A stretch of 64,000 nt of DNA, taken from contig JAFGIL010000067.1 in the NCBI GenBank assembly GCA_016929635.1, forward strand, positions 6,010 to 70,009, written 5' to 3'. Numbering within the stretch: position 1 is the first letter of the stretch; every line of letters starts with the position of its first letter. This DNA is from Endomicrobiales bacterium (GTDB lineage Bacteria; Elusimicrobiota; Endomicrobiia; Endomicrobiales; JAFGIL01). The position numbers were made by a program, and so were the translations under genes. The notes beneath the pieces are model-generated. The model searched no databases and had not been told where the DNA came from. It worked only from the letters and a program-made list of their open reading frames with translations. This document shows positions 37,865-48,601 of this stretch, piece after piece.

Positions 37865-39121
37865 ATGCACTCTACTTTAGACTCCATATACGATGTAATC
37901 GTTGTAGGCGGCGGCGCTTCCGGCATGATGGCAGCAGGGCACGCGGCTGAAAACGGTGCAAAAGCCCTCCTCCTGGAAAAAAACAATAAACTCGGAAGCA
38001 AACTCCTTATTACCGGCAAGGGAAGATGCAACATAACCAACATCGGAGAAATAAATGATTTCATAGAAAGTTACGGCAAAAACGGCAGGTTCCTTTACAG
38101 GGCTTTTCAAACTTATTTTAACTACGACTTAATGGGTTTCTTTGAGAAGTACGGCATTAAGACAAAAACAGAAAGAGGCGGAAGGGTTTTTCCCGTAAGT
38201 GACGAATCCGGAAGTATCGTTTATGCATTAAAGCAGTACTTAAATAAAAATAACGTAAACGTCAAATTAAACCTGGGTGTTAAAAAAATAAATACTGAAA
38301 AAAACAGCGTAGCAAGCGTAGTCCTTCATAATAATCAAGTCATAAAAACAAAAAACGCAATACTTGCAACGGGAGGGCTTTCCTACCCAAAAACAGGCTC
38401 TACGGGAGACGGGTACAGATTTGCAAAAGAACTCGGCCATACAATCGAACCGTTAAGGCCCGCCCTGGTCCCCCTGGAAACAAAAGAAAATTTCGTAAAA
38501 AAACTCCAGGGGCTTTCTTTAAGAAACGTGCTTATTACTGTTTTTGCCGATGATAAAGAGATAGCCTCGGAATTCGGGGAGATGCTGTTTACGCATTTCG
38601 GCGTATCTGGGCCGATAATCCTAAAAATAAGCGGAGACGTTGTTGACAGGCTGAGAAAGAATGAAAATGTATCAATATCAATCAACCTTAAACCCGCCTT
38701 GGACAGCCAGATGCTTGATAACAGAATATCCAGAGAAATCAGGAACAATAACCGTAAATCAATAAAGAACATGCTTAAAAATATGCTGCCGAGCAGTTTA
38801 ATTCCCGTTTTTTTGAATCTTGCCGGCATTCCGGAGCATAAAAAATGCAATCAGATTAATCAAAAAGAATTAAAAAAAATCAGAAATTTGATTTTTTCTT
38901 TCAAAATTACTATAATTAAATCTAGAAGCATTGATGAAGCAATAATCACACGAGGAGGAATATCATTGGATCAGATCAATCCCTACACCATGGAGTCAAA
39001 GATAGTCAAGGGATTGTATTTTTGCGGCGAACTAATCGACATCGACGGAATAACAGGCGGATTCAACCTGCAAGCCGCATTTTCAACTGGATATTTAGCT
39101 GGTAATAACAAATTTCGTTAG
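37865..39121 (+). CDS. HI0933/YhiN (BaiN-like) flavoprotein
   Basis: 'GGGASG', 'KLLITGKGRCN.TN', 'ATGGLSYP.TGSTGDG', 'LFTHFG.SGP', 'TGGFNLQAAFSTG'. Confidence 0.95.
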   Translation: MHSTLDSIYDVIVVGGGASGMMAAGHAAENGAKALLLEKNNKLGSKLLITGKGRCNITNIGEINDFIESYGKNGRFLYRAFQTYFNYDLMGFFEKYGIKTKTERGGRVFPVSDESGSIVYALKQYLNKNNVNVKLNLGVKKINTEKNSVASVVLHNNQVIKTKNAILATGGLSYPKTGSTGDGYRFAKELGHTIEPLRPALVPLETKENFVKKLQGLSLRNVLITVFADDKEIASEFGEMLFTHFGVSGPIILKISGDVVDRLRKNENVSISINLKPALDSQMLDNRISREIRNNNRKSIKNMLKNMLPSSLIPVFLNLAGIPEHKKCNQINQKELKKIRNLIFSFKITIIKSRSIDEAIITRGGISLDQINPYTMESKIVKGLYFCGELIDIDGITGGFNLQAAFSTGYLAGNNKFR

Positions 39122-39129
39122 AGTACTTA

Positions 39130-40740
39130 ATGAATATCAAGTTTTCCAATCCAAAAACATACGTTTTTTTATTAGTTTTAATAATCGGAATCCTTTTCTC
39201 TCTTCTATCCTGCACCAGCCACAAAATCGTTAAACCACAAATCATTAAAAGCCACTTTATATGGCACTGGCACGATAATACATACCTTGAGGAACATGAC
39301 GCTAAACAATTAAAGAATTACAATATTAAAGGCGTATTCTTCCAGATAGGCAATTTCTCCTATTACAAGAACAAGATGCAGTTTGACGGATTTAATTTCA
39401 AAACCGACACCTTTCAGAGGCTGCGCAACCTTAATGAATTCCAGACTCATTTAGTTTTTACGTTTGCAAATGAAGGAAGATTCCCGTTCGTAAGACATTT
39501 CAATCATAATACGGATGATGCAATTGATTTTATAGTAAGAAAAATCGAGTCGCAGCTAAATATCTGCAGGCACGAAAACCTGGAGATAAAAGGCATTCAG
39601 CTGGATATGGAAGGCAGGCTCAACTTCAGCAAATACAAGAAGCTCATAGACAGGATTATTAATAAATTCGGCGAAAAATATTTAGTATCCATCTGCGTGC
39701 AATCTTACTGGATCAAACAAAACGGCTTCAGTTCATTAATAGAAGACGTTGATTTCATCGTGCCTATGCTTTATGACTATCAGGTCGGATTCACAAAAGA
39801 AGAAAGCATGAAAGTTACGAACATTTCATGGATCAACAGGATGATAGATAAGTATAAAAAGGTAAACAAACCTTTTTATGTCGGCATACCTGCTTACAGC
39901 TACAGTAAAATTTACGACCATAACGGCAAAAAAGTAGAGATGTGGGCCGGATTATCGGTCGAAGACCTTTCCGAAAATCCTGATTTCAGGCTGGTGAAAA
40001 CTAAAGCAAACAGAAGTAAAAAATCCAAACACTACAAGGGTGACAATGACTATGTGTTTAAGGCAATACGCGATACCAGCCTTATTAACTACAAACTGAA
40101 AAAAGGAGCCGTGGTTAAATTCAATATATTGACTGTAGATGCGTTAAAAAATTACATAAAAGTCGTAAATGAGAATAAAACCGAAAACCTGCTTGGTATT
40201 TCCATATTCAGATTCGGATACCCATGGGAAGACCTTATTATAAGCAACGGCGAGCTTGGCGAAACCCTGGGTTTGAAAAAAACAGACGGAAGCATACCCA
40301 AAATAGAGGTATTAATTGATTACGATAATTATTCAAAAATTTATGATAGCGACTATGTAAACCTGAACATCAAACTGCAGAATATCGGTTGTAAAGGAAG
40401 CTTCCTGTCCAAAAGAGCCAACAGAGTAAATCTTGAGGTGGAACACGGCTGGATAACAGACTATGACCGCGGCGGTTTTGACAATGTCAGAAGAATTAAA
40501 AATACTTTGATCTTCGAAGAATACCATTTAGAAAAAAGTGAAGTCCTGTATTCCGGCATAATAAGAATCCTAAACAGGGTTAAAACTCCCCCCCTTGTTA
40601 TAAAGGTTAACGCCAGTTCCCTTCAGCTAAACGGAAAAACAGAATTAAACAGCAATACAATAATCGTAAAAATAGATGAGAAAGACATAAAAATAAAAAA
40701 TACAGATATTGACTCTCCCAAAAAAATAAGTTATAAATAG
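39130..40740 (+). CDS. Lipoprotein with DUF3142/GH18-like TIM barrel
   Basis: Lipobox 'LLSC'; 'GIQLDMEG', 'VDFIVPMLYD', 'PFYVGIPAY'. Confidence 0.7.
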   Translation: MNIKFSNPKTYVFLLVLIIGILFSLLSCTSHKIVKPQIIKSHFIWHWHDNTYLEEHDAKQLKNYNIKGVFFQIGNFSYYKNKMQFDGFNFKTDTFQRLRNLNEFQTHLVFTFANEGRFPFVRHFNHNTDDAIDFIVRKIESQLNICRHENLEIKGIQLDMEGRLNFSKYKKLIDRIINKFGEKYLVSICVQSYWIKQNGFSSLIEDVDFIVPMLYDYQVGFTKEESMKVTNISWINRMIDKYKKVNKPFYVGIPAYSYSKIYDHNGKKVEMWAGLSVEDLSENPDFRLVKTKANRSKKSKHYKGDNDYVFKAIRDTSLINYKLKKGAVVKFNILTVDALKNYIKVVNENKTENLLGISIFRFGYPWEDLIISNGELGETLGLKKTDGSIPKIEVLIDYDNYSKIYDSDYVNLNIKLQNIGCKGSFLSKRANRVNLEVEHGWITDYDRGGFDNVRRIKNTLIFEEYHLEKSEVLYSGIIRILNRVKTPPLVIKVNASSLQLNGKTELNSNTIIVKIDEKDIKIKNTDIDSPKKISYK

Positions 40741-40742
40741 CA

Positions 40743-40771
40743 TTGACCAGCCTTTAACAAAAATATACAAT
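40743..40771 (+). promoter_or_regulatory. sigma70-type promoter
   Basis: TTGACC-N17-TACAAT. Confidence 0.6.
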
Positions 40772-40833
40772 ATTATAACCTATTAATTAATGCGCAGCTT
40801 GAAAGCTGCCTTCTTAATTTAATCTCAGGTTTT

Positions 40834-41751
40834 ATGGGGGAATATATGAAGACGAAAAGAAAAAGAAAAGTACAATTTGCAGAACTTCTTGATATGGACA
40901 ATCCTGCCGTTGTTTTTGAAGAAGTAAAATATAACTTTATTAATCATTATCCTGTTGAAGAGTTCCTCATAGTAAGAAAAACATTTAAAGATTTTAATGA
41001 TTTATATGATGGCAAATATCCCGGGTATTGTGCATGCAACACAAAATACCACGACAAGATACATACTACAGATGCACTATTGACAATCTCCAGACTGATA
41101 GACGGTTACAACCTCTCAAATACCAACAAACTCCCCACAGATAAAGTTGTAATTGCTTTAATATCCACCATCCTGCATGATACGGGCTATATACAGAACA
41201 AAAGGGATACAAAGGGCACCGGGGCAAAATACACGCTCAATCACGTGGAAAGAAGCGTTGAATTCCTGAAAAAGTATTTCAAAAGAAACGGCCTCAGCAA
41301 AAAAGATTTTATTTCTGGCATGAACATGATAAGATGTACCGGCCTGTTTACTAACCTCAGTAATATACCTTTCACCGGCAAAGAAGAAAAAACACTGGGG
41401 CTAATGCTTGGTACATCCGATTTGCTGGGACAGATGGCTTCCAGGACATATCTTGAACGCTTAATATACCTGTACCGTGAATTTAAGGAAGGACACGTAA
41501 AGGGATACACTTCTGAATTAAATCTGCTAAAAAAAACCCTGTCATTTTATGATTCAATAAAAATAAGGCTGAAAACAGATCTCGAAAGCGTAAACAAATA
41601 CGCAAGAATACACTTTAAGGAAAGATATGGAATAAATAAAGACATGTATGAAGAGTCTATTACAGACCAGATTAGATATTTGAAGTATATACTCAAGCGC
41701 AGGCCAGAAACTTACAGAAGCAAGCTAAAACGTAAAATAGTAATACACTAA
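40834..41751 (+). CDS. HD-domain metal-dependent phosphohydrolase
   Basis: 'YHD..HT', 'ILHDTGY', 'HVERS', 'SDLLGQMA'. Confidence 0.85.
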   Translation: MGEYMKTKRKRKVQFAELLDMDNPAVVFEEVKYNFINHYPVEEFLIVRKTFKDFNDLYDGKYPGYCACNTKYHDKIHTTDALLTISRLIDGYNLSNTNKLPTDKVVIALISTILHDTGYIQNKRDTKGTGAKYTLNHVERSVEFLKKYFKRNGLSKKDFISGMNMIRCTGLFTNLSNIPFTGKEEKTLGLMLGTSDLLGQMASRTYLERLIYLYREFKEGHVKGYTSELNLLKKTLSFYDSIKIRLKTDLESVNKYARIHFKERYGINKDMYEESITDQIRYLKYILKRRPETYRSKLKRKIVIH

Positions 41752-41760
41752 AGACTTTTT

Positions 41761-42390
41761 TTATTGACTTGCCAGATTAATAGCAAGCTGTTTTGCAGCA
41801 AGCTCAAGCCCTTTTTCAACAATTGATTTTTTATCAACAGATTTTCCTAATTTAGCAAACCAGAAAGCCACCCAATTTCTCTGTTTTACATAACTCGAAG
41901 CTTTACCTGAAGATATCAGTTCACCAGTTTCAACATCTATTAATCTGGCATCAACCGAAACCTCGACTTTTTTACCCTCAGTATACATAATGACTATTGT
42001 CTGCTTATTTTTTGAATATTTTACAGATGAAAGGCTCCCAAATAATAAGGCATCTACCCCCAACTGGTTGCCGACTTCTTTTGCCCTCATTGGATCAATA
42101 AGGCCTGTCATGTTAAGCTTTAACTCATCCAATATTGCCTGCAGCCTGTTCCTTTCAACCAATCTAAATTTCCTGGTCTTATGTATTTCATCTATCAGGA
42201 TCCCCGTAATGCTCTTGGCTGAACTGTCATAATCCGGGTCTCCCGTTTTATTGTCAAAATCTACCACAGCTATAACCAGGCGTTTGTCTTTATTCGTTTC
42301 AGATATCGGCATCTCCTTAATCTTACTTGCAGAAAAACAACCATTTAATAAAAACACAAAACTAATAAGATATAATTCTTTCAGCTTCAT
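41761..42390 (-). CDS. CsgG/HfaB family lipoprotein
   Basis: Lipobox 'LNGC'; 'IAVVDFDNKTG', 'FRLVERNRL..ILDEL', 'DARLIDVETGE'. Confidence 0.88.
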   Translation of the reverse strand: MKLKELYLISFVFLLNGCFSASKIKEMPISETNKDKRLVIAVVDFDNKTGDPDYDSSAKSITGILIDEIHKTRKFRLVERNRLQAILDELKLNMTGLIDPMRAKEVGNQLGVDALLFGSLSSVKYSKNKQTIVIMYTEGKKVEVSVDARLIDVETGELISSGKASSYVKQRNWVAFWFAKLGKSVDKKSIVEKGLELAAKQLAINLASQ

Positions 42391-42468
42391 TTTCCCCTCC
42401 GATTACCGGTAAATTTATAATAACATATAAAATATTATGAACTAAGTCAAGCAGTTTTTTATATGATA

Positions 42469-42497
42469 TTGATAAAAGTAGTAAAAAAATATAAAAT
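42469..42497 (+). promoter_or_regulatory. sigma70-type promoter
   Basis: TTGATA-N17-TAAAAT just upstream of 42509. Confidence 0.55.
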
Positions 42498-42508
42498 AGT
42501 ATGAAGCT

Positions 42509-44557
42509 ATGAATGAAAAACTGCAGTTTAATGCAATTTTAAGAGCTCTAATTAAACTTTTTTATCTAAACGGCATTTTTCTTTTATTAATGTCATTATA
42601 CCGCCTTTTTTTCTTTTCGTATTTTGCAAACCTATCTGATTTCAAAGGTTTATACAGCTATCTTATAAAAGCATTTATTCTGGGCATGCGCTATGACCTG
42701 GCGATCATCGCATATATAAACCTGCCCGTAACACTTACCATAATAATTATCCTAATTTTAAATAGAAAGGCTTATTTTAAGAATTTACTAAAACCCATAA
42801 CATATTACTACTCAACCATGTATTCCCTGGTATCCATCCTTTTGATAACCGATTTCGGATTTTTCTTGTACTTTAAAAATCATATCAACATCCTGATATT
42901 CGGCATTATCGAAGATGATACCGGAGCGCTTATATCCACAATATATGAAAACTATCCCATAATTAAGGCGGTGATAGGTTTTTCGGTTTTTGTAGTTCTG
43001 ATATATTTTATTTGCAAATATGTGATTTCACTGATAGAATCAGACACAAAGGAAATCAAGCCTTATTCCGTATTTGTCAAGACGGGTTTTGCTCTTTTTC
43101 TTGTAACCGCAAACGTACTTGCTGCCAGAGGTTCCCTGGGGCTTTTTCCCCTGGGAGTCATGGATGCAGAAATATCCCCCAACTCCTTTATCAATAAACT
43201 GGCAATAACAGGTATTCATACATTCCAGCAGGCAATCGAATTCAGAATGAAAGAAACCAAGGATTATAATTTAACAAAGGAAATGGGATACGAGAACAAT
43301 ATTGAACAGGCTTTCATGGATTTCCTTGACGTAGATGCCTCCAGGCTTAACGGTAAAGAGATAGGGCTTTCTTTGGTAAGGAAGACAAGAAAGAACATAT
43401 TATTGCAAGATGCTAAACCAAATGTAATAGTAATTATGATGGAGGGATTCGGCGCGGACCTGATGAAATACAACTCCGAGGAATTTGACGTGCTGGGTGA
43501 TTTAAAGAAGCATTTTGCTTCAGATTATTTTTTCCCAAATTTTCTCTCAGGGGATGTCGGCACTATAGGAAGCATAGAATCAGTATGTTTTAACATCCCC
43601 AAGAGGCCGCAATCCAAACCTTTAACCCAGTCTAAATACGCATATAACGATTATGCTTTTGCAGGTGCAAAACCTTATAAAAAAGCAGGATATGAGACTA
43701 TTTTTATGTACGGTGGGAATGCAAACTGGAGAAATATGCTCTCCATTATGCCCAAGGTTGGTTTTGATTTCATTGAAGGACAGGGCTCTATGAAGCCCGA
43801 ATACTTAAAAAACCAGTGGGGCGTATACGACGAATTTCTATTTGACCATATATATGAAAGAATCTCCGTTAAAAACGGAAAACCGAAATTCATATTTGTG
43901 ATGACAACAAGCAACCATCCCCCGTACTCGCTGCCGCCGACTTACAAAAAACTTCCTCTTAACATATCCGAGGCACTAAATGACCGGATTACAGGGAACA
44001 AAGACCTGGCCAAGATGAGATTTCAGACATATCAGTATTCAAACCAAAGGCTTGCAGAATTTATCACAAGGATTAAAAACTCTGAGTTTGCCGAAAACAC
44101 AATTATAGCAGTTACCGGAGACCATAACTTCTGGGATGTTTTTGATTATAAAACCGAGGAGCTTATTGATTTATACAGTGTCCCGTTTTACATTTATATT
44201 CCTAAAAAACTTAAGCCGGAAACCTCAGACACCGGCACTTTCGGCTGCCATATCGACATACTGCCTACACTTTACAACCTGTCTTTATCAGATGCAAAAT
44301 ATATATCAATAGGAACCAATTTGTTTGACTTAAGCATCCCGCACATTGCTTTTAACGTTGACGGGCTGATAATGTCAAGCGATGCGGTGGCAACTTATTC
44401 CTCTATCAATAAAAGCACTTCATACTACAGATTGAACGACAACAGGAAACTGTCCCCGTCAAATCAAACAGATAAACACAACATGATACTTAAACACTAC
44501 AAATCCGCACTCGCAGTTACGGAATATTTGATTAAAAACCCTTTTGACATAAAATAA
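42509..44557 (+). CDS. LTA synthase / phosphoglycerol transferase-like sulfatase family membrane protein
   Basis: N-terminal TMs with 'GMRYDL'; 'PNVIVIMMEG', 'WGVYD', 'TTSNHPPY', 'TGDH'. Confidence 0.9.
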   Translation: MNEKLQFNAILRALIKLFYLNGIFLLLMSLYRLFFFSYFANLSDFKGLYSYLIKAFILGMRYDLAIIAYINLPVTLTIIIILILNRKAYFKNLLKPITYYYSTMYSLVSILLITDFGFFLYFKNHINILIFGIIEDDTGALISTIYENYPIIKAVIGFSVFVVLIYFICKYVISLIESDTKEIKPYSVFVKTGFALFLVTANVLAARGSLGLFPLGVMDAEISPNSFINKLAITGIHTFQQAIEFRMKETKDYNLTKEMGYENNIEQAFMDFLDVDASRLNGKEIGLSLVRKTRKNILLQDAKPNVIVIMMEGFGADLMKYNSEEFDVLGDLKKHFASDYFFPNFLSGDVGTIGSIESVCFNIPKRPQSKPLTQSKYAYNDYAFAGAKPYKKAGYETIFMYGGNANWRNMLSIMPKVGFDFIEGQGSMKPEYLKNQWGVYDEFLFDHIYERISVKNGKPKFIFVMTTSNHPPYSLPPTYKKLPLNISEALNDRITGNKDLAKMRFQTYQYSNQRLAEFITRIKNSEFAENTIIAVTGDHNFWDVFDYKTEELIDLYSVPFYIYIPKKLKPETSDTGTFGCHIDILPTLYNLSLSDAKYISIGTNLFDLSIPHIAFNVDGLIMSSDAVATYSSINKSTSYYRLNDNRKLSPSNQTDKHNMILKHYKSALAVTEYLIKNPFDIK

Positions 44558-44656
44558 TTGCAGGCATCAGGGATAACACCTTCAGATTTAGCCCCCTAAA
44601 ACCTTCGATATTACCCCTTTAGCCTGCAATTTTCTCCACTCTATTACACCTAAATA

Positions 44657-45598
44657 TCAGGAACCATAGACAGGGAATGGATTGACATTTGTATTCAAAT
44701 AACGCGGTTTCTGTTCTTTGTCCCACATATTCTTTCTTTTAACTATCTTAATCCCGTACATGTTATCATCAGCTAATTTAAAAAGCTCCTTTTCATTTTT
44801 CAGATTGGAGTGGTATTCCGCTACACCTATACTTATCGAAAATGATATTTTTTGGTCCTCGCCTTCCACGTTAAACCACTTGTCCATGATCTCATCCATC
44901 ACCCTGTCCATTGCACGTTTTGCCTGCGCCTCATCGGATTCTGGAAAGATAACGCTAAACTCATCACCGCCGTATCTTGAAATTATATCTGACCTTCTTA
45001 AAGTCTTCTCCATGATGGAACTAAACTTCTTTAAAACATAATCGCCCACTGTATGACCGTACGAGTCATTTATGTTTTTCAGATTATCAACATCTATGAC
45101 TGCAAGCGAGAATCTCTGTTTATACCTCTTTGCCATGTTATAAAAAAGACTTAACTGCTTTTTAAAGTAGTGGACATTATAAAGGCCTGTAAGCCCGTCT
45201 GTCATAGCTATTTTTTCATAATAGACCCTTCTTAACAAAGCAGATTCAATCCTTGCCAATAGCTCATCCATGTCACAAGGCTTGGTTATATAGTCATCCA
45301 CGCCCAGCTTGAGGCCTTTGACTTTATCCCCCGTTGCATTCAATGCAGTTAAGAATATAACCGGGATACCTGCTGTTATTATGTCATCATTGAGTTTTAC
45401 CCTGGCTTCTCTTCCTCCCATATGCGGCATCATTATATCCAGCAGGATTAAATCCGGTACAACCTTCTTAGCCAGCTTCAACACTTCATACCCGTTACTT
45501 GCCTTAAAAACCTCATAACCCGCTTCCGTTAGTATTTTTTCCAGAAGTTTCAGAATATTCTTTTCATCATCTGCAATCAATATCTTTTTTTTGTCCAT
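44657..45598 (-). CDS. Response regulator diguanylate cyclase (REC-GGDEF)
   Basis: REC 'LIADDE...LLDIMMP'; 'DGLTGLYN', I-site 'RRSD', 'RYGGDEF'; start moved to 45598 (GGAGG RBS). Confidence 0.93.
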   Translation of the reverse strand: MDKKKILIADDEKNILKLLEKILTEAGYEVFKASNGYEVLKLAKKVVPDLILLDIMMPHMGGREARVKLNDDIITAGIPVIFLTALNATGDKVKGLKLGVDDYITKPCDMDELLARIESALLRRVYYEKIAMTDGLTGLYNVHYFKKQLSLFYNMAKRYKQRFSLAVIDVDNLKNINDSYGHTVGDYVLKKFSSIMEKTLRRSDIISRYGGDEFSVIFPESDEAQAKRAMDRVMDEIMDKWFNVEGEDQKISFSISIGVAEYHSNLKNEKELFKLADDNMYGIKIVKRKNMWDKEQKPRYLNTNVNPFPVYGS

Positions 45599-45627
45599 AT
45601 TATTCCTCCCCGTAAATTGTTTTATTT

Positions 45628-46017
45628 CTAAACAACGCATTTGCCAATAGTCTCAACTAACTGGCTGAGTTCAAATGATTTTAAAATATACCCTTTAACC
45701 TCTCTTTTCATAGTAACATCCTTCAGGTTCAGCTCCATTTTAGCCGAAAGTATTATAATAGGTATTTTGCTTATCTCATCAATGTGCTCTGCTAATGCTT
45801 TTTTACCCTGCAGCGCGTGAAATATTCCGCCGTTATAGCTTTTATGCATTGCTATATCTACTATGATTAAATCCGGTTTTTCCGCATGGATTTTAGATAA
45901 TGTTTTTTTCTCGTCACTTAAATAAACAACTTCATAATTATTTTCAGTCAGCATTCTTTCAAGAACATGATAAATTCCTATTTCGTTCCCTACAATAAGC
46001 ACTTTATGCTTCTTCAT
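45628..46017 (-). CDS. Single-domain response regulator (acidic pocket partly degenerate)
   Basis: 'VLIVGNE', 'KPDLIIVDI', 'IPIIILSA'; start moved to 46017 (AGGGGG RBS). Confidence 0.8.
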   Translation of the reverse strand: MKKHKVLIVGNEIGIYHVLERMLTENNYEVVYLSDEKKTLSKIHAEKPDLIIVDIAMHKSYNGGIFHALQGKKALAEHIDEISKIPIIILSAKMELNLKDVTMKREVKGYILKSFELSQLVETIGKCVV

Positions 46018-46027
46018 ACTTCCCCCT

Positions 46028-48592
46028 TTATCTGGCACTGCTATTATTTATTTCCATTTTCGATAAACTGCTTTTACTGTCTTCGTGAATATATTCGGTA
46101 ATTACATTACTGCTTTTGCCTATCAGTTTGGGGGTCTGCTCGCGCCCGTATAAGCGCCTTGCCAGGTAAGAAACTTCGGCAATCACATAATCCTCAAGTT
46201 CCTTAAAAGTCAGCACATCGTTACTGTCAGTGTTAGCATCTCCGTGTAATCCCTTTAAAAAAAAGTAAGTAAACAAGGAATGCTGTTTTTCCGGATACCA
46301 CGACGTGAGTTCGGTATCAGAACATCCCGTGAAAACATTTATCCCTTTTGGTATCTTGGATCTGTAAACCATGGCCAGAGGACTTGCGCCTTTCACCAGC
46401 GTACCGCTTTCTGAATTTCCCGAGAAGCACGCATCCAGTACAACCGTCATATTTTTCGCGGGCAATTTGCTGATGTTATAATAAAACTGGTCCAGAGAAT
46501 AACCGCTTAATTCAACATAGTTAGAATGGCAGTCCGAAGGCACAAAGTATGTTGCTTTCGAATTAACCCCGGGCGCGCCGTGCCCCGTATAGTAAATGAA
46601 GACGTCGGATTTCCCGGATTTTATATAGTTGAATAACTGTCCTTTATGGTTATCCCTGGTCCCGAAAATTCTTTCAAAATCGGCTTTTGTCGGATTTTCA
46701 GCAAATATTATATTGCCTTCCCTGTAACCCAGAGTCTTAACAAGGTATTGCTTTACCATATAAGCATCATTTAAGGCATACTTAACCCTGGGAACTGACT
46801 CATTCGTATACTCCTGTACTCCGATTACAACAGCGACTGCATCCGGATTCACCTTTCCTTTGGGAATATCCTCGTTGATTTCTGATTGGTAACTGACTAT
46901 CTCCGAACCAGCTGATTTAGCGTCAAGCACCAGGGCAAGCTCTTCAATCATTTCCTGGTATGTCCTGGATTGTTTTTCTTCAACAACGTTTTTGGCTATC
47001 CAACCGCCGCCTTCAAGGTAATACCAGCTTCCCTTTTCTCCTATTGCTATCAGGATTGCTTCCTCTTTTACGGAAGCTACTTTATTGGATGATTTATCCG
47101 GTTTTTCCGCGATAGATGCGTCTTTTTTAGCCTTGAGATATACATATTTCGGGGTATAATCAACAACCGGTTCTCTAATATTAAAAGGAATATCGATGCT
47201 TTTTGCGGAGGTATCCGTGACTTTCAATACAAGCTCCGTTTCAGGCGTTATCATTATCTTGGATTCAAACGGATATGCATCCGTATAAACATTATCAGCT
47301 TTGTTAAAGCTGAATTTCTTCCTTAATAATTCCATATTGCCTATTTTCACGCTTGATATTTTCTTGTCATCATATGCAACACCTTTTATATAAAGGTACG
47401 GTTCTTCAAAATGCTTTTCATATATTTCCACAGCGGGCTTCATCAGGTCCGGCTTCTCAAAAGATATGTTATCTGCAGATATCCAGCCTTTCAGGGTTTT
47501 GCCGACTTTTACATACAGGCTATTACCTTTCTGTGCCATAACCTCGACTCTTGTCATAACAGGAAGCCTGGTTAATACTTTTCCTGTTGAGCTGAAAAGC
47601 CCAGCTTCATCTTTTGTTGTGTAAACATATTTGTCTAACGGGTTCTTCCATAAAGTAATTTTTTTATCACCGCCGCCCGTAGCAATATATTTCCCGTCAT
47701 GAGAAAATGCGGCAGAATAAACATAAGATGAGCCATTATCAAACTCTTCCAGGCATTCGCCTGTAACAAGCGACCATATCCTTATTTGCTGATCGCTGGA
47801 CCCTGAAACTACACATTTCCCGTACGGAGCCATGGATACAGAATAAACCTGCCCGGAGCCGTTTTTCAGCGTCTTGATACACTCTCCAGAATCCAGCGAC
47901 CAGACTTTTATGGTCTTGTCGTCGCTGCCAGATAACAAATAGTTTCCCTCACTCGAGAACGAGACCGAATTTACATAATCCAGATGCCCTTTAAAAGTCC
48001 TCACCAGATACCCGTCACTAATTCTCCAGACTTTTACTATATTACTCATGCCCCCGGACGCAATATACTCTCCATTTGGAGAAATCGCAATTGACAGAAC
48101 CCATCCGACCACCAGCCTGAAACTCCTTATGCATTTCCCTGTATCAACTGACCATATCCTTAATGATTTATCCGCGCTGCCGGATGCGATATACTTCCCG
48201 TCAGGTGAAAAACATACAGCATGAACCCACCCCGTATGCCCCTGGAAAGTCTTAACACATTCCCCTGTTTCAACAGACCACAATTTTATGGTGTTATCTT
48301 CACTGCCGGAAGCAAGGTATTTGCTGTCAGGTGAAAAAACTACCGACCACACACCTCCTGTATGCCCTTTAAAAGTATTCATACAGGTACCGCTTTTCAC
48401 GTGCCACAGCTTTACCGAATTATCAAAACTCCCGGAGGCAAGATATTTGCCGTCTTTTGAAAAAGACACGGATCTTACCAGCTGCGCATGATCTTCCAGG
48501 ATTTTTAACTTGTAATCCTGCTTTGCAGCGGCAAAACTGCTTAGAACCAGGATTAAAATTGTAATAATTAAATAAATTGCTTTTTTAATCAT
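46028..48592 (-). CDS. Exported WD40-repeat protein with SH3-like domains and C-terminal caspase-like (peptidase C14) domain
   Basis: Signal peptide; ~7 'GH...V..V.FSPDG.YLASGS.D.TIKLW' repeats; two SH3b-like segments; catalytic dyad 'YYTGHG' / 'DACFSG'. Confidence 0.92.
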   Translation of the reverse strand: MIKKAIYLIITILILVLSSFAAAKQDYKLKILEDHAQLVRSVSFSKDGKYLASGSFDNSVKLWHVKSGTCMNTFKGHTGGVWSVVFSPDSKYLASGSEDNTIKLWSVETGECVKTFQGHTGWVHAVCFSPDGKYIASGSADKSLRIWSVDTGKCIRSFRLVVGWVLSIAISPNGEYIASGGMSNIVKVWRISDGYLVRTFKGHLDYVNSVSFSSEGNYLLSGSDDKTIKVWSLDSGECIKTLKNGSGQVYSVSMAPYGKCVVSGSSDQQIRIWSLVTGECLEEFDNGSSYVYSAAFSHDGKYIATGGGDKKITLWKNPLDKYVYTTKDEAGLFSSTGKVLTRLPVMTRVEVMAQKGNSLYVKVGKTLKGWISADNISFEKPDLMKPAVEIYEKHFEEPYLYIKGVAYDDKKISSVKIGNMELLRKKFSFNKADNVYTDAYPFESKIMITPETELVLKVTDTSAKSIDIPFNIREPVVDYTPKYVYLKAKKDASIAEKPDKSSNKVASVKEEAILIAIGEKGSWYYLEGGGWIAKNVVEEKQSRTYQEMIEELALVLDAKSAGSEIVSYQSEINEDIPKGKVNPDAVAVVIGVQEYTNESVPRVKYALNDAYMVKQYLVKTLGYREGNIIFAENPTKADFERIFGTRDNHKGQLFNYIKSGKSDVFIYYTGHGAPGVNSKATYFVPSDCHSNYVELSGYSLDQFYYNISKLPAKNMTVVLDACFSGNSESGTLVKGASPLAMVYRSKIPKGINVFTGCSDTELTSWYPEKQHSLFTYFFLKGLHGDANTDSNDVLTFKELEDYVIAEVSYLARRLYGREQTPKLIGKSSNVITEYIHEDSKSSLSKMEINNSSAR

Positions 48593-48601
48593 TTTTACAC
48601 C

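Noticed and set aside
40794-40809. GCAGCT-TGAA-AGCTGC hairpin in the HD-gene leader as a riboswitch
   Set aside because: Single short stem; no second helix or conserved aptamer context recognisable.
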